Assembly (NCBI RefSeq): GCF_004010195.1
Contig: NC_057718.1
Coordinates: forward strand, 48,791,859-48,855,858
DNA length: 64,000 bases
Direction of reading: 5' to 3'
Source of the DNA: Chiloscyllium plagiosum
Lineage: Eukaryota
A model generated the notes under the pieces. The model saw only the letters and a program-made list of their open reading frames with translations, did no database searches and was not told the origin of the DNA. This document shows positions 52,929 through 64,000 of the stretch, piece after piece. Both the position numbers and the translations under genes were made by a program. Each line of letters starts with the position of its first letter. Position 1 is the first letter of the stretch.

Positions 52929-53024
52929 AGAAACATAGAAGACAGGAGTAGGAGGAGGCCATTCAATCCCTTGAGCCCACCCTGCCATTTATTATGATCA
53001 CAGTTGATCCTCAAGCTCAATATG
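52929..53024 (-). mobile_element. CR1 3' tail, split from its body (60060-61436) by the LTR element
   Basis: agaaacatagaagacaggagtaggaggaggccattc...ctcaa continues as ctaatcctgccc after the 3' LTR. Confidence 0.85.
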
Positions 53025-53780
53025 TATTATGAAGTTGAAGGTATGCATTGCATCTTTAAGAGAGAGTGAAGGTTGTTTTGGCAGTGAGAGTTTGCAGGCA
53101 TCTGTCATGTGACTGACAGATGTTTGAGTGGACTGGAAAATTGAAAACATGTAACAGTTGGCTGCTATGTTCACAACAGTTTGAATTGAACCAATCAGTT
53201 TAAATTATGCCCCCAGGATACTAAAACTCAATCGAATTTGAATTTTACCATTTTGACAACATTCAACAATGAGATGATCTGATATTTGAGGTATAATAAA
53301 AAGCAGACATTTTTAAAGTTAGGGAGAGTGACAACTTGCCACCAAGAGAGAGAGAAAGAGAGACTGCTATTCAAAACTCTTTCAATCAAAGGTACCTTTT
53401 TCATATGAAACACCTTTGCAGCAAAATATTGAAGACAACCCAGGGAGATCAGCACCTGAAAGAAGACAGATGCTGATGATGACGGCTGCTGTCTGGTTTT
53501 GAAAATTAAGTTGATGTAATTTTAATAGGGGCTTTTATTGGATCAGTGTATTGTTATAGAGTTGGAGGTAGATGACAGGCCTTTAAGAGAAAGGAGGCTT
53601 AGAGTTGTAAATAGTTGCTGTTAATGTTCACTTTTTGAGTTAAAGAAAAAAATTGATATTTTTCTTTAAATAGTAGAATTTGGAAAGTTGTTACTCATAC
53701 TTTAACAGATTATGAGGCAATGTGAGAGTCTCTATGTTTTTTGTTTAATTAGCAGAATGATTCACCACTGTGTCGCAACA
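53025..53780 (+). repeat. 5' LTR (756 bp)
   Basis: tattatgaagttgaagg...tgtcgcaaca; homologous to 59404-60059. Confidence 0.92.
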
Positions 53781-53783
53781 GTT

Positions 53784-53803
53784 TGGGGGCTCGAATCTGG
53801 AAT
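53784..53803 (+). promoter_or_regulatory. Primer binding site, tRNA-Pro-like
   Basis: tgggggctcg.. 3 nt after the LTR matches the start of the tRNA-Pro PBS TGGGGGCTCGTCCGGGAT. Confidence 0.8.
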
Positions 53804-53964
53804 TTGGACAGGTTTAGACAGATCCAGTCTGAGATTTGAACAGATTTGGGTACGGAAGATCCCAGCAGATTTAAACACTTGCAATTAGTGTCATAGATCT
53901 TTAGATAAAATGTAGATAAGACAATTTGGGTTATTTGTAGTTGGTTAAATTAGAAGTGAGGGAA

Positions 53965-55420
53965 ATGGCTCTTACAATTGCTAAACTCCTAGGTTCTGGG
54001 GTTTGAAGTTTATTCCTAAATTTGCCAAGAAAATTTAGAAGGACAGAAAAAGATCATACTTATAGAATTAGCAAAGAGGTTAGATTTGGGTTTAAACAAG
54101 GACAAAAGTAAAACTGAAATTGTAAGGGAGTTACTCAAGTACTTAGGTATGTCAGTGAAATATACAAGTGCAGTAGAGTTAGAAAAACTTAAATTACAAA
54201 TGAGGATAATGGAGTTAGAAGATAAACAAAGGGAGAGAGAAAGAAAGAGAGAGAAGACAGACAGAATGAGGAAAAGAAAAGAGAGAGGGGAAAAAGAAAG
54301 AGAGAGAAGTTTATTTGCTGAGCAAAGAAAGAAGAAAGGGTAAGAGAGGGAGAAGAAAGAAAAAGGCAGAGAGAAAGAGAGAGAAGAAAGGGAGAGAGAA
54401 ATAGAGAGAAAAGAAAGAGAAAAAGAGAGAGAATTTGAACTTCAGAGGTTGTGACTTAGTCAGGAAAGTCAAGTTAACAGGATGGAGATGAAGAGAGAAG
54501 GTAGTGATATATACAAATATGTTGAAACATTGCCACATTTTGATGAGAAAGATGTCAAAGCCTTCTTTATTTAATTTGAAAAATTGGCTAGGCAGATGGA
54601 GTGGTCAGAGAGTGAGGAAAAGGAAAGAGAGAGAGAGGAAAAGAAAGAGAGAGAAGGTTCTCAGCTGAGCAAAGAGAGAGAGAAGAAAGGGAAAGAGACA
54701 GAGAGAGAGAAGAAATACCCTGTAGGAATTCTATAAAGGACTTGTGGACAATGCTAGTTCAGACTAAGCTGGTAGGCAGAACTAGTGAGGTACTTACAGT
54801 GCTGAAAGATGAGGGGTCAAGAGATTATGCAGATGTCAAACAGACTATTTTGAGTGCTTAGGAATTGATAAGTGAAGCATACAGCCAATGGTTCAGAAAC
54901 ATAAGGAAGGAACCAGGTCAAACTTAAGTTGAGTTTGAAAGAATTAAACATAGTAATTTTGATAAATGAGTGTGGGCCTTAATAATAGATAAGACCTATG
55001 AGGCTCTACGAGAGATTATTCTGCTGGAGGAGTTTAAAAATGCATTTCCAGACATGATAAGAATTCATGTAGATGAACAGAAAGCTCAAGAAGTGAGAAG
55101 AGCAGCAGAGATGGCAGATGAATATGCATTGGTGCATAAGGTGAAGTTTAGCTTCAGGCAAGAATTTCATCCTGTGAAGGATAGAAATTAGGAAAAGCGG
55201 ATATCCTACACTACAAAACAAAGAATAAAACATACTGGTAATTGTTTACCAAAGGTTAAAAAAGAAGCCCAAGAGGGTGGAAAGGAGGTGAAAGGCTTCA
55301 GGTGTTTCCACTGTGGTAAAGTGGGACATGTAAAGTCACAGTGCTGGTTGTTAAAGAAAGGCACCATGGGAAAAGATGTGGTAAAAGAAGCTAAGCCAGT
55401 GGGATTAGTGAAAGTAGTAT
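53965..55420 (+). pseudogene. gag: gag remnant (E/K/R coiled-coil region, SCAN-related capsid domain, CCHC knuckle)
   Basis: LREIILLEEFKNAFP..HVDEQKAQEVRRAAEMADEY; CFHCGKVGHVKSQC at 55303-55344. Confidence 0.85.
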
Positions 55421-55499
55421 AGGAAAAGTTAAGGATCTACAGGAGAGTGCACAGCCTAGTCAGGAGCTGGGTATGGAGTTAGTGCCTGATCTCTATAAA

Positions 55500-58400
55500 G
55501 AACTCGCCTCTGTGGATTAAGTTTACTCAGAAAGAAGAGGGGCAGAAGGACAAAAAGTTACAATTTTAAGAGATACAGGATCTAACCAGACTCTAATACT
55601 AAGAGATGGAACTATTTGCATTCTTTCTGATCTGTTACCCGAGAGAATGGTAATTTGTGGGATGGATGGACAAAAATGTAGCATTCCCCGATGTAAAATC
55701 AGGTTGGAGTGCTAACTCAAGTCTGGGCAAGTAACAGTGGGAGTGATTGACAGAGTGTCAGTTCCAGGAATACAGTTTGTTCTTGGGAACAATTTACCAG
55801 GATCCAAGGTGGGAGTGACACCCCTTGTTGTGGAGAAGCCCAAGGAAGACTAGAGAACTGAGGAGTTAAAAGAAAAGTACCCTGCTGTTTTTCTAGACTG
55901 TGTAGTCACAAGATTCCACTGTCATAAATCACAGAATGAAGCAAAAACTAAAGAGAAAGATGAAGGAGTTGAAGTTCACTTAGCGGACACCCTGTTTCAC
56001 ATAATGGTGCAGGAAAAACCTGAACAGGCAGAAGGTCAGACAGAAGTGTTTAGTTCTGAAAGGCTAATGGACTTATAACAGAAAGATGAGACAATAAAAG
56101 ATATATATGTTGACACATACTCAGAAAAGGAGTCAGCGAATATTCCTGATGGTTATTTTCTGAAAGATGAAATCCTAAGATGAAAATGGAGACCATGGCA
56201 GGATAGTGTAGAGGAGAAATGGCTCAAAGTGCACCAGATTGCATTGTTGGTAGCATACAGACAGGAAGTGTTACGGGTTGCACATGAACTACCAGTAGGA
56301 GGTTACCTAGGGCTACGAAAGACTCAGGCTAAGGTATAAAAGCATTTCCATTGGCCTGAACTGCACAAGGATGTGGTTAAATTTTGCCATACATGTCATA
56401 CATGCAAATGGTAGGTAAGCCACAGGCAATAATAAAACCAGCACTTTTGTTACCAATTCCTGCAAACAAAGATCCGTTCACGCAGGTTATGATTGGTTGT
56501 ATAGGGTCCCTTCTGAGAACTAAAAGTGAGAACCAGTACTTGCTAACTATAATGCTACCAGATTTCCAGAGGCAATTCCATTTCAGAGTATTAAGGAAAC
56601 AAGGGTGGTAGAGGAGTTTATAACTTTCTTTCACATGGTATGAGCTACCCAGAGAGATTCAGTCAGACCAAGAATCTAGTTTTACTGCAAGGCTGTTTAA
56701 GGAAGTCATGGATAGCTTAGGCAGACAGCACTTTAAATCAAGTGCGTACCATCTTGAATCCAAGGGAGCTTTGGAAAGATGACATCAGATCCTGAAGACC
56801 ATTTTAAGAGTGTACTGTCATGATCACCCAAATGATTGGGATAAAGGTACCACATTCATATTGTTTGTCATTTGAGATGCCCCAAATGAGTCTACTCACT
56901 TTACTCCCTTTGAGTTAATATTTGGACTTGAAGTGAGAGGCCCTTTGAAATTAAAGAGAAACTGACCGGACTGAAGTCTGAGATCTCACATTTGGATTAT
57001 CTATTGAATGTGAGGGAGAGATTAAATCAAGTAGGTGAGTTAGCTAACCAGCACCTGAAGAGGGCACAGAATAGAATGAAGCAGGTGGTAGATAAAAACT
57101 GTGTAATGCGGAAATTTTCCCATGAGGATGATATATTGGTATTGTTACCGGTGGTATGAGACCCCTTCAAAGCCAAGTTTAGTGGTCCCTATGAAATTGA
57201 GAAAAAGTTGAGTCAAGCCAACTATCTGGTAAAAATGCCAGATAAGAAAAAAACTGTATTGGGTATGTCATGTGAATATGTTGAAACCTTATTATAATAG
57301 AGAGAAGGACTGGAGAAACAAATGTTAGTTACTGCCCCTCAAAGTGAGGAATCAAACCCAGATGTTGTGGAGTTTGATTTGCCTCAAAATATGTTAAAAA
57401 TGAGGATGTCCTTGAGGAGTAGGATAGGTAAGTGAACTATATGTCTCAGGAGCAAAGAACCCTGTTGGAAAGTTTGTTGCAGCAGTATGAGAACATATGC
57501 AGGAATAAGATGGGGAGAACTAATGCTATTGCAGCTGTACAGGACATTGGTAAGGCCACTGTTGGAATATTGCATGCAATTCTGGTTTCCTGCCTATCAG
57601 AAAGATGTTGTGATACTTGAAAGGCTTCAGAAAAGATTTACAAGGATGTTGCCAAGGTTGGATGATTTGAGATATAGGAAGAGGCTGAACAGGCTGGGAC
57701 TGTTTTCCTGGAGCATCGGAGGCTGAGGGGTGACCTTATAGAGGTTTACAAATTCATGAGGGACGTGGATAGGGTAAATAGGCAAAGTCTTTTCCCCGGG
57801 GTGAGGGGAGTCCAGAACTAGAGGACATAGGTTTAGAGTGAGAGGGGAAAGATATAAAAGAGACCTAAGGGGCAACATTTTCACACAGAGAATGGTTTGT
57901 GTATGGAATGAGCTGCCAGAGGAAATGGTGGAGGCTGGTACAATTGCAACATTTAAGAGGCAATTGGATGGATATATGAATAGGAAGGATTTGGAGGGAT
58001 GTGGGCTGGGTGCTGGCAGGTGGGACTAGATTGGGTTGGGATATCTGGTTGGCATGGACGGGTTGGACCGAAGGGTCTGTTTCCATGGCTGTACATCTCT
58101 ATGACTATGACAAGTGGATGCAATGCTCAACAAAGATACAATTGAACCGAATGAGAGCGAGTGCAGTTTGCTGATCTTGTTAGTTCCCAAACCTGATAGG
58201 ACTCAATGATTTTGGTGGACTATTGGAAGGTCAGTGCTGTAACAAAATTGGATTCAGACCCAATACCATGATTGGAGGACTGTATAGAGAAAGTTGGACA
58301 AGCCAGTTATATCACTTACTGTGTGGTTATTAGCAGGTAGCTCTTAGAGAGAAAGCAAAAAGAATTTCTGCATTTGTAACCCCAAATGGGCTACCTCAAT

Positions 58401-59280
58401 TTAAAGTGATACCCTTTGGAATGAAGAATGCTCTAACCGCATTCCAAAGACTTGTGGCTGGGTTAACAAACTGTGCACTTTATCTTGATGATGTAGTGAT
58501 CTTTAATGAGACATGGAAAGATCACTTGGTACAATTAGCAGAGCTCTTTGAACGCTTAAGAGAAGCAAAACTGGTAATACACTTAAAAAATGCAGACTTC
58601 GTGAAGGCAGAGCTGACGTTCTTGGGACATAACGTCAGTCATGGAAGGTTGACCCCAAGGAATACAAAGATTAAGGCCATCGAGGAATTTCTGCGACCAA
58701 CCTCAAAGAAAGGTGCTTTGACTTTTGGGACTAAGCTGATTCTACTGCAAGTTTGTTCCAAAATTTAACAGCGTAGTGGCACCGTTAACAGATTTGCTGA
58801 ATAAAGCACAACATTTTGATGGACAGAACAATGCCAGGAGGCATATGACAATTTAAAAGCAGTACTAGGCACCATAGCAGTTCTAGCTACACCAAATGTT
58901 TTGAAACCCTTCAAAGTTGCAATCAATGTTAGTGACATAGGAGTTGGAGGTATACTGCTACAGGAAGAGGATGAAGGAATTGAATTGCCGGTTAGCTACT
59001 TTTGAAGAAACTCAACACCCAACAGAGAAAATAATCTTCCATCAAAAAGGAATTATTGTGTTTGGTACCGACCTTACAACGTTTTAATGTATTTGTGACG
59101 AACAATGTACTGGAGACGGTTGTGTACACGGATCACAATCCTCTTACATTCTTAGAATGATTTAATGACAAGGATCTGAGACTAGTTCATTTGAGTCTTA
59201 TGTCACAGATTTTTAATTTACAAATCGTACATGTTGTGGATTGTAAGATTGTGATAGCAGATGTATTATTGCGGATTTAA
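55500..59280 (+). pseudogene. pol: pol remnant in the order protease - integrase - RT - RNase H
   Basis: ILRDTGS (55563); AHELPVGGYLG..FCHTCHTC, EIQSDQ, FSGPYEI, HVNMLKPY (56280-57292); PFGMKNA and YLDD (58481); SDIGVGGILLQ and YTDHNPL (59125). Confidence 0.9.
57521..58110 (+). mobile_element. HER1/CR1 3' fragment inserted in pol
   Basis: LQLYRTLVRPLLEYCMQFW..LERLQKRFTRMLP; tail ctctatgactatga. Confidence 0.95.
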
Positions 59281-59392
59281 CGGATAAAGTATAAATAAGA
59301 TTGAACAAATACCAATGTTATATATATGTATTTCATTGTAATGGGGTTAAGAATTAGAAAAAAAAGACATTATGATGGTCAATTTCTTTCTT

Positions 59393-59403
59393 AAGGGGGG
59401 AGG
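59393..59403 (+). promoter_or_regulatory. Polypurine tract
   Basis: aaggggggagg immediately before the TG of the 3' LTR. Confidence 0.85.
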
Positions 59404-60059
59404 TGTTATGAAGTTGAAGGCGTGTACTGTACATTTAAGAGAGAGTGAAGGCTGTTTTGGGAGTGAGCATTTGTAGGCATCTGTCATGTGACTGACAGAT
59501 GTGTCAGAGTGGATTGGAAAGTTGCAAGTATGTAACATTTGGCTGCTATGTTCACAACAGTTCGAATTTAACCAATCAGTTTAAATTATGCCCCAGGATA
59601 CTAAAACCCAATCGAATTTGAATTTTACCATTTTGACAACATCAAACCAATGAGATGATCTGATGTTTGGTGTATAAAGAAAGCAAACATTTTGAAAGTT
59701 AGGGAGTGACAAGCTGCCATCTAGAGAGAGAGAGAGAGAGAGACTGCCATTCAATCAAAGGTACCTTTTTCATATGAAACATCTTTGCAGCAAAAGATCG
59801 AAGACGACCCAGGGAGATCAGCACCTGAAAGAAGACAGATGCCGATGATGACGGCTGTTGTGTGGTTTTGAAAATTAAGTTGTAAATAGTTGTTATTTGA
59901 TGTTCACTTTTCGAGTTAAAGAAAAAAATGATATTTTTCTTTAAACAGTGGAATTTGGGGAGTTTTCTGTCACTCATACTTTAACAGATTACGAGGTGAG
60001 GTGAGATTTTCTGTGTGTTTGGTTTAATTAGCAGAAGGGTCCACCACCATGTTGTAACA
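59404..60059 (+). repeat. 3' LTR (656 bp)
   Basis: tgttatgaagttgaagg...gttgtaaca (TG...CA); lacks about 90 bp present in the 5' LTR. Confidence 0.93.
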
Positions 60060-61436
60060 TACACTAATCCTGCCCTTCTCCATATCTGTTGATCTCTTTA
60101 ACCAAAAGAACTATATCCAACTCCCTCTTTAAATCATAAAATGTTTTGGCCTCAGTCACTTTCTGTGATAGTGAGTTCCATACATTCACCACTCTGGGTA
60201 AAAAAGAATTTTCCTCATCTCAGTCTTAAAAGGTTTATCCCTTATCCTTAAACTATGACCACTGGACTCCCCCACCATCAGGAATATCCTTTGTCTGTTT
60301 GCCCTGTCTAGTCCTATTAGAATTTTAGAGGTTTCTATGAGATACCTCTTCTAAACTCCAGTGAATACAATCCTAACCAACTCAACCTCTCCTCATAACA
60401 ACAGTCCTGCCATCCTAGGAATTAACATGGTAAACCTTTGCTGCACTCCATCTACAGTAAGAACATCCTTCTTCATAAGAAGACCAAAACTACACTCATC
60501 ATTCTAGGTGTAGCCTCACCAATGTCCTGTATAATTGCAGCAAGGCATCCTTGTTCTAAGACTTGAATTCTCTTGATATGAAGTCCAACAGACAGTTTGT
60601 CTTCTTCACTGCCTGCTGCTCTTGCATGCCTACTTTCAGCGAGTGGAGCATGACGATACCTAGATCTTATTTGACATTCCCTTCCATCAATGTATATCCA
60701 TTCAAATAATATTCTGTCTTCCTTTGTTTTGTTACCATAGGGGATAACCTCACATTTATCCAATTTATTTTGCGACTGCCATGCATTTTCCTACTTCTTC
60801 AGCCTGTCCAAATGATGCTGCAATATCACTGCATCCTCCTCACAGCTCATCCTTTCACCCAGCTTTGTGTCGTCTGCAAATTTTGAGACATTATGTTTAG
60901 TTTCCTCATCTGAATGATTAACATGTATTGTGAATAGCTGCAATCCTTGCAGTACCCCATTAGTCACTGCCAGCCATTCAGAAATAAATATCCATTAATT
61001 CCTATTCTCTGTTTCCTATCTGGTGAATAACTTTCCATCTCCATATACTACCCCTAATCCCATGCACTTTAATTTTGCACATTAATCTCTTACACAGGAC
61101 TTTGTTGAAAGTCTTCAGTAAGTCCAAGTAAATCATATCCACTGACTCTCCCAGTTACACACTCAAATAATTCAATTTGATTTGTCAAGCATGATTTCCC
61201 TTTCGTAAATCCATGCTGAAAGTGTCTGATTTTAATACTGTTTTCTAACTGCTCTGCTATAAAATTATTGATAATGGACATTTTCCACACTACTGATGTC
61301 AGGCTCACAGGTCTATTATTCTCAGTTTGCTCCCTATGTCTCCTTTTAAATGGTAGGGGTAATTAGTTACCCTCTAATCTGTAGGAACTGTTCCAGAGTC
61401 TAAAGAGTCTTGAAAGTTGACCACTTATGACCACTT
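60060..61436 (-). mobile_element. CR1 LINE body (RT region, decayed)
   Basis: SLTSVVWK..QHGFTKGKSCLTN; gtcgtctgcaaa (FADD). Confidence 0.9.
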
Positions 61437-61439
61437 CCT

Positions 61440-61660
61440 TAAACCTAACAAAGCTTGGTGGTTAAATGTCAGTCATCATCTAACCAGTGGATTTTCCACA
61501 ACAATACCTCTACCAATCAGAATTAACTTGCCAACCAATCTGTGTGCTCTCCTCATATAGTAAAGAAATGTTTGAACTTTACATTATCCTGATGAGTGCA
61601 AGATGAAGAGATTCACCAAAATGTGTCTTTGTTCAGAAATACTCAATTTCTGCAAAATCA
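61440..61660 (+). mobile_element. Penelope-like element, right half, with degenerate hammerhead core
   Basis: ccaatcag repeats; cctgatgagtgcaagatgaag at 61588. Confidence 0.6.
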
Positions 61661-62710
61661 AATAAGATATATTCAGACCTATAGTATGTAAAAGTGAGAA
61701 TATGACATTTTATGATAGTTCAGTTGGTAAATGTAATTTTCCAGGTGTAACGAATGACACAGATTAGCATCATCTGGATTTGAACCATGCTCTGCTGTTT
61801 TTATTAGTTTCATGGATGTGGCAACATGAACAATACTATTAGTCTCAATTACCTTATGCTGGGGATAGGTGAGCAGAATTAATCAGGAATCCCATTATTG
61901 GCCATTATGCAACTATAACCACTGAAAACAGCATGTATGTGGTCTTTTAGCAAGTAACATTTCAGGGCCATGTTGAGTTTCCATGGGGTTGAATACCCTG
62001 TGTTGTTTATTGTCTTCTGTAACATATGTAAATGGATAGTTAGAAAGGATTAAAGTGACAAAAGTTTTCAGAGCGAGTATACAGAAAAATTGCAATTGAA
62101 AATATATTTATGTATTGTTATTTCTGTGTAGAGGAGTAAGAGGCATTTAACTGGGCAGGAGGGTGGTGCGTGAGGATTCCACCACTTACCTTCCTCCACT
62201 CTAATTAAATATTTGTCACCAATTGAGGTGACTAACCAGGCAATGAAAAACTACTTGAAGGTCACATCCCATTGCTGTCAGCATTAATCCAGCAGTAGAT
62301 AGAGGATTCCCCAGGCAGGGAGCAAATCAAGCCATGTGGTTTACTGTGGGGTCCTGAGGGAGGACAAGATTCCTCATTCAAGGACACAGAATAACTGATG
62401 AAGGGATCCCATAATGAGAAGTAGGGAACTTTCATGCCCTTACAGTCAACATACCCCACTCCCTCTCTTGTTTATCTTCCTCTTCCATTACTCATCTCTG
62501 ATCTGGGAATACAGTGATGATGACTTATTAGCAGCAGTAGCCCCCACTTGCACAATGATCCAGCTAGTCCTCCATGTTGTTGGCCTCTGATTAGCTGGCA
62601 GTTTCAGTGGACAGGATCTGCAACTCTATGATCTCTGATGGGGTGGGCTGGGGAGTGGTAAAGCCCACCTTTGTCCTCTTCCTCTTCAGTACCTGACTGG
62701 AACAATGTGT

Positions 62711-62914
62711 GCTGAAACTTTATTGCTGGAACAGCACAGCAGGTCAGGCAGCATCTAGGGAACAGAAGATTCGACGTTTCGGGCACATGCCCTTCTTCAG
62801 GCATGTGCCCGAAACGTCGAATCTTCTGTTCCCTAGATGCTGCCTGACCTGCTGTGCTGTTCCAGCAATAAAGTTTCAGCTTTGATCTCCAGCGTCTGCA
62901 GACCTCACTTTCTC
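62711..62914. mobile_element. Young Penelope-like fold-back insertion: perfect 81-bp inverted repeat, 14-bp TSD
   Basis: Arms 62711-62791 and 62800-62880 are exact reverse complements; TSD ctggaacaatgtgt at 62697-62710 and 62915-62928. Confidence 0.95.
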
Positions 62915-64000
62915 CTGGAACAATGTGTAGCAGGCCTTCTCGAAATGTGGTTTTATGGGACTCTCACTGCATCTACAGCTGGATAGCCAAGACACTTGTC
63001 ACCTCCACAAAATGTACATTATATTTATGAAAGGCTAATAGTTTTTTTCTTGTGACTTGCTGGAAGTGTCAGCAAATTGTAAAGTGTAAACCAGAATGGG
63101 GGATCTGGAGTATTAATGAGCAGTGGGGTCAAGATTAATATGGAGACAGAGGAGAGACTGATAGTAAGGTGATAGTAAGACTGATAGTAAGGTAAGTTCA
63201 ATCAGCTACAGAAGGAGAATAAAGGGAGAGAAAGTAAGATTGAATTAGGAAAGAAAAGGGAAGAAAGCCAAAAAAGAGAAGCAATTAAGTATTACTAAAA
63301 TGCAACATTGGAAGTTTTAAGATCTCTAAACATAGTTTACAACTTGAAGAATGACACCCCACAATTTAATTTTTTTCAATTTCTGGTTCACAAAGATTGG
63401 TCAGCATTACATTAGCAACAACTGCATTCATGCAACTAATTACCAGACTTAATTTTGGTGCAAATTTAATCAACATATGCAAATTCAGCAAGTTCCTCAG
63501 AAATAATGGGGGAGCTAAGTAAAAGGTATTTCAGTCCAAAGCAAGTGGCAAGACAATATAAAGAGAACAGAGATTAGTTACACATGCTATTATTCTTGAT
63601 CCTGCTAGTTAGATGCATTTCTTTTTACTGATTTGGTCTGGTATTACAATTCTGGCCCAGTTTGTCACCATTTTATGAAGCAATTGGGGAGATAATAGTC
63701 ATCACAACGTTAATGGTTACCATTGCTCTTCCCTTATTGAATGTCTTGTAGGACAGATGGTTTCACAGCGACACAGCTTTGCAGTTGAGCAATCAAACTA
63801 AAATTAAACATCTATCATGTGTATGAGTCCAAATGATCTGTGATTTTTTTTCCTGCAAGTTTATCATCATTTTTTTCTCACTTCTGAAAGCTGGACTGAT
63901 GAACATCTTCAAGTCAGACTTCATGTCCATTAAGTAAGTGGACACATATTGTCTGAGCAAAGACACAAGGAATTCAACTTTCCTCAGGGATTTATCCAGC

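Larger units (their letters stand above)
53025..60059 (+). mobile_element. Full-length, inactive Gmr1-like Ty3/Gypsy LTR retrotransposon
   Basis: Paired LTRs, PBS, PPT, gag-PR-IN-RT-RH remnants with many stops and frameshifts; 4-bp flanks TATG / TACA. Confidence 0.93.

Noticed and set aside
63891..63933. Possible 43-nt exon (aag|...|gtaagt; GLMNIFKSDFMSI)
   Set aside because: Weak acceptor, peptide not recognised, no partner exons identified

Overview
Eukaryotic, repeat-rich, apparently non-genic DNA. The repeat complement (HE1-type V-SINEs, HER1/CR1 LINEs with (ctatga)n or (catagaa)n tails, L2, RTE, Penelope-like elements) points to a cartilaginous fish (shark). This is inferred from recalled family signatures, not a database search. 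I recognise no host protein-coding exon; most ORF-track entries are TE debris or chance ORFs. Main contents: a complete but dead LTR retrotransposon (53025-60059) with the Gmr1-type PR-IN-RT-RH domain order, inside a four-layer nest; an older Gypsy relic whose 5' LTR and PBS appear inverted; many short Penelope-like insertions carrying hammerhead-ribozyme cores, several as fold-backs with 14-17 bp TSDs; two 160-175 bp locally templated insertions; and, most unusual, a 5'-inverted CR1 copy (34041-34550) with dense A-to-G hypermutation on one genomic strand across both arms, which looks like an ADAR-hyperedited RNA written back into the genome. There are three N gaps. Boundaries of old repeats are approximate, and all alignments were done by eye.
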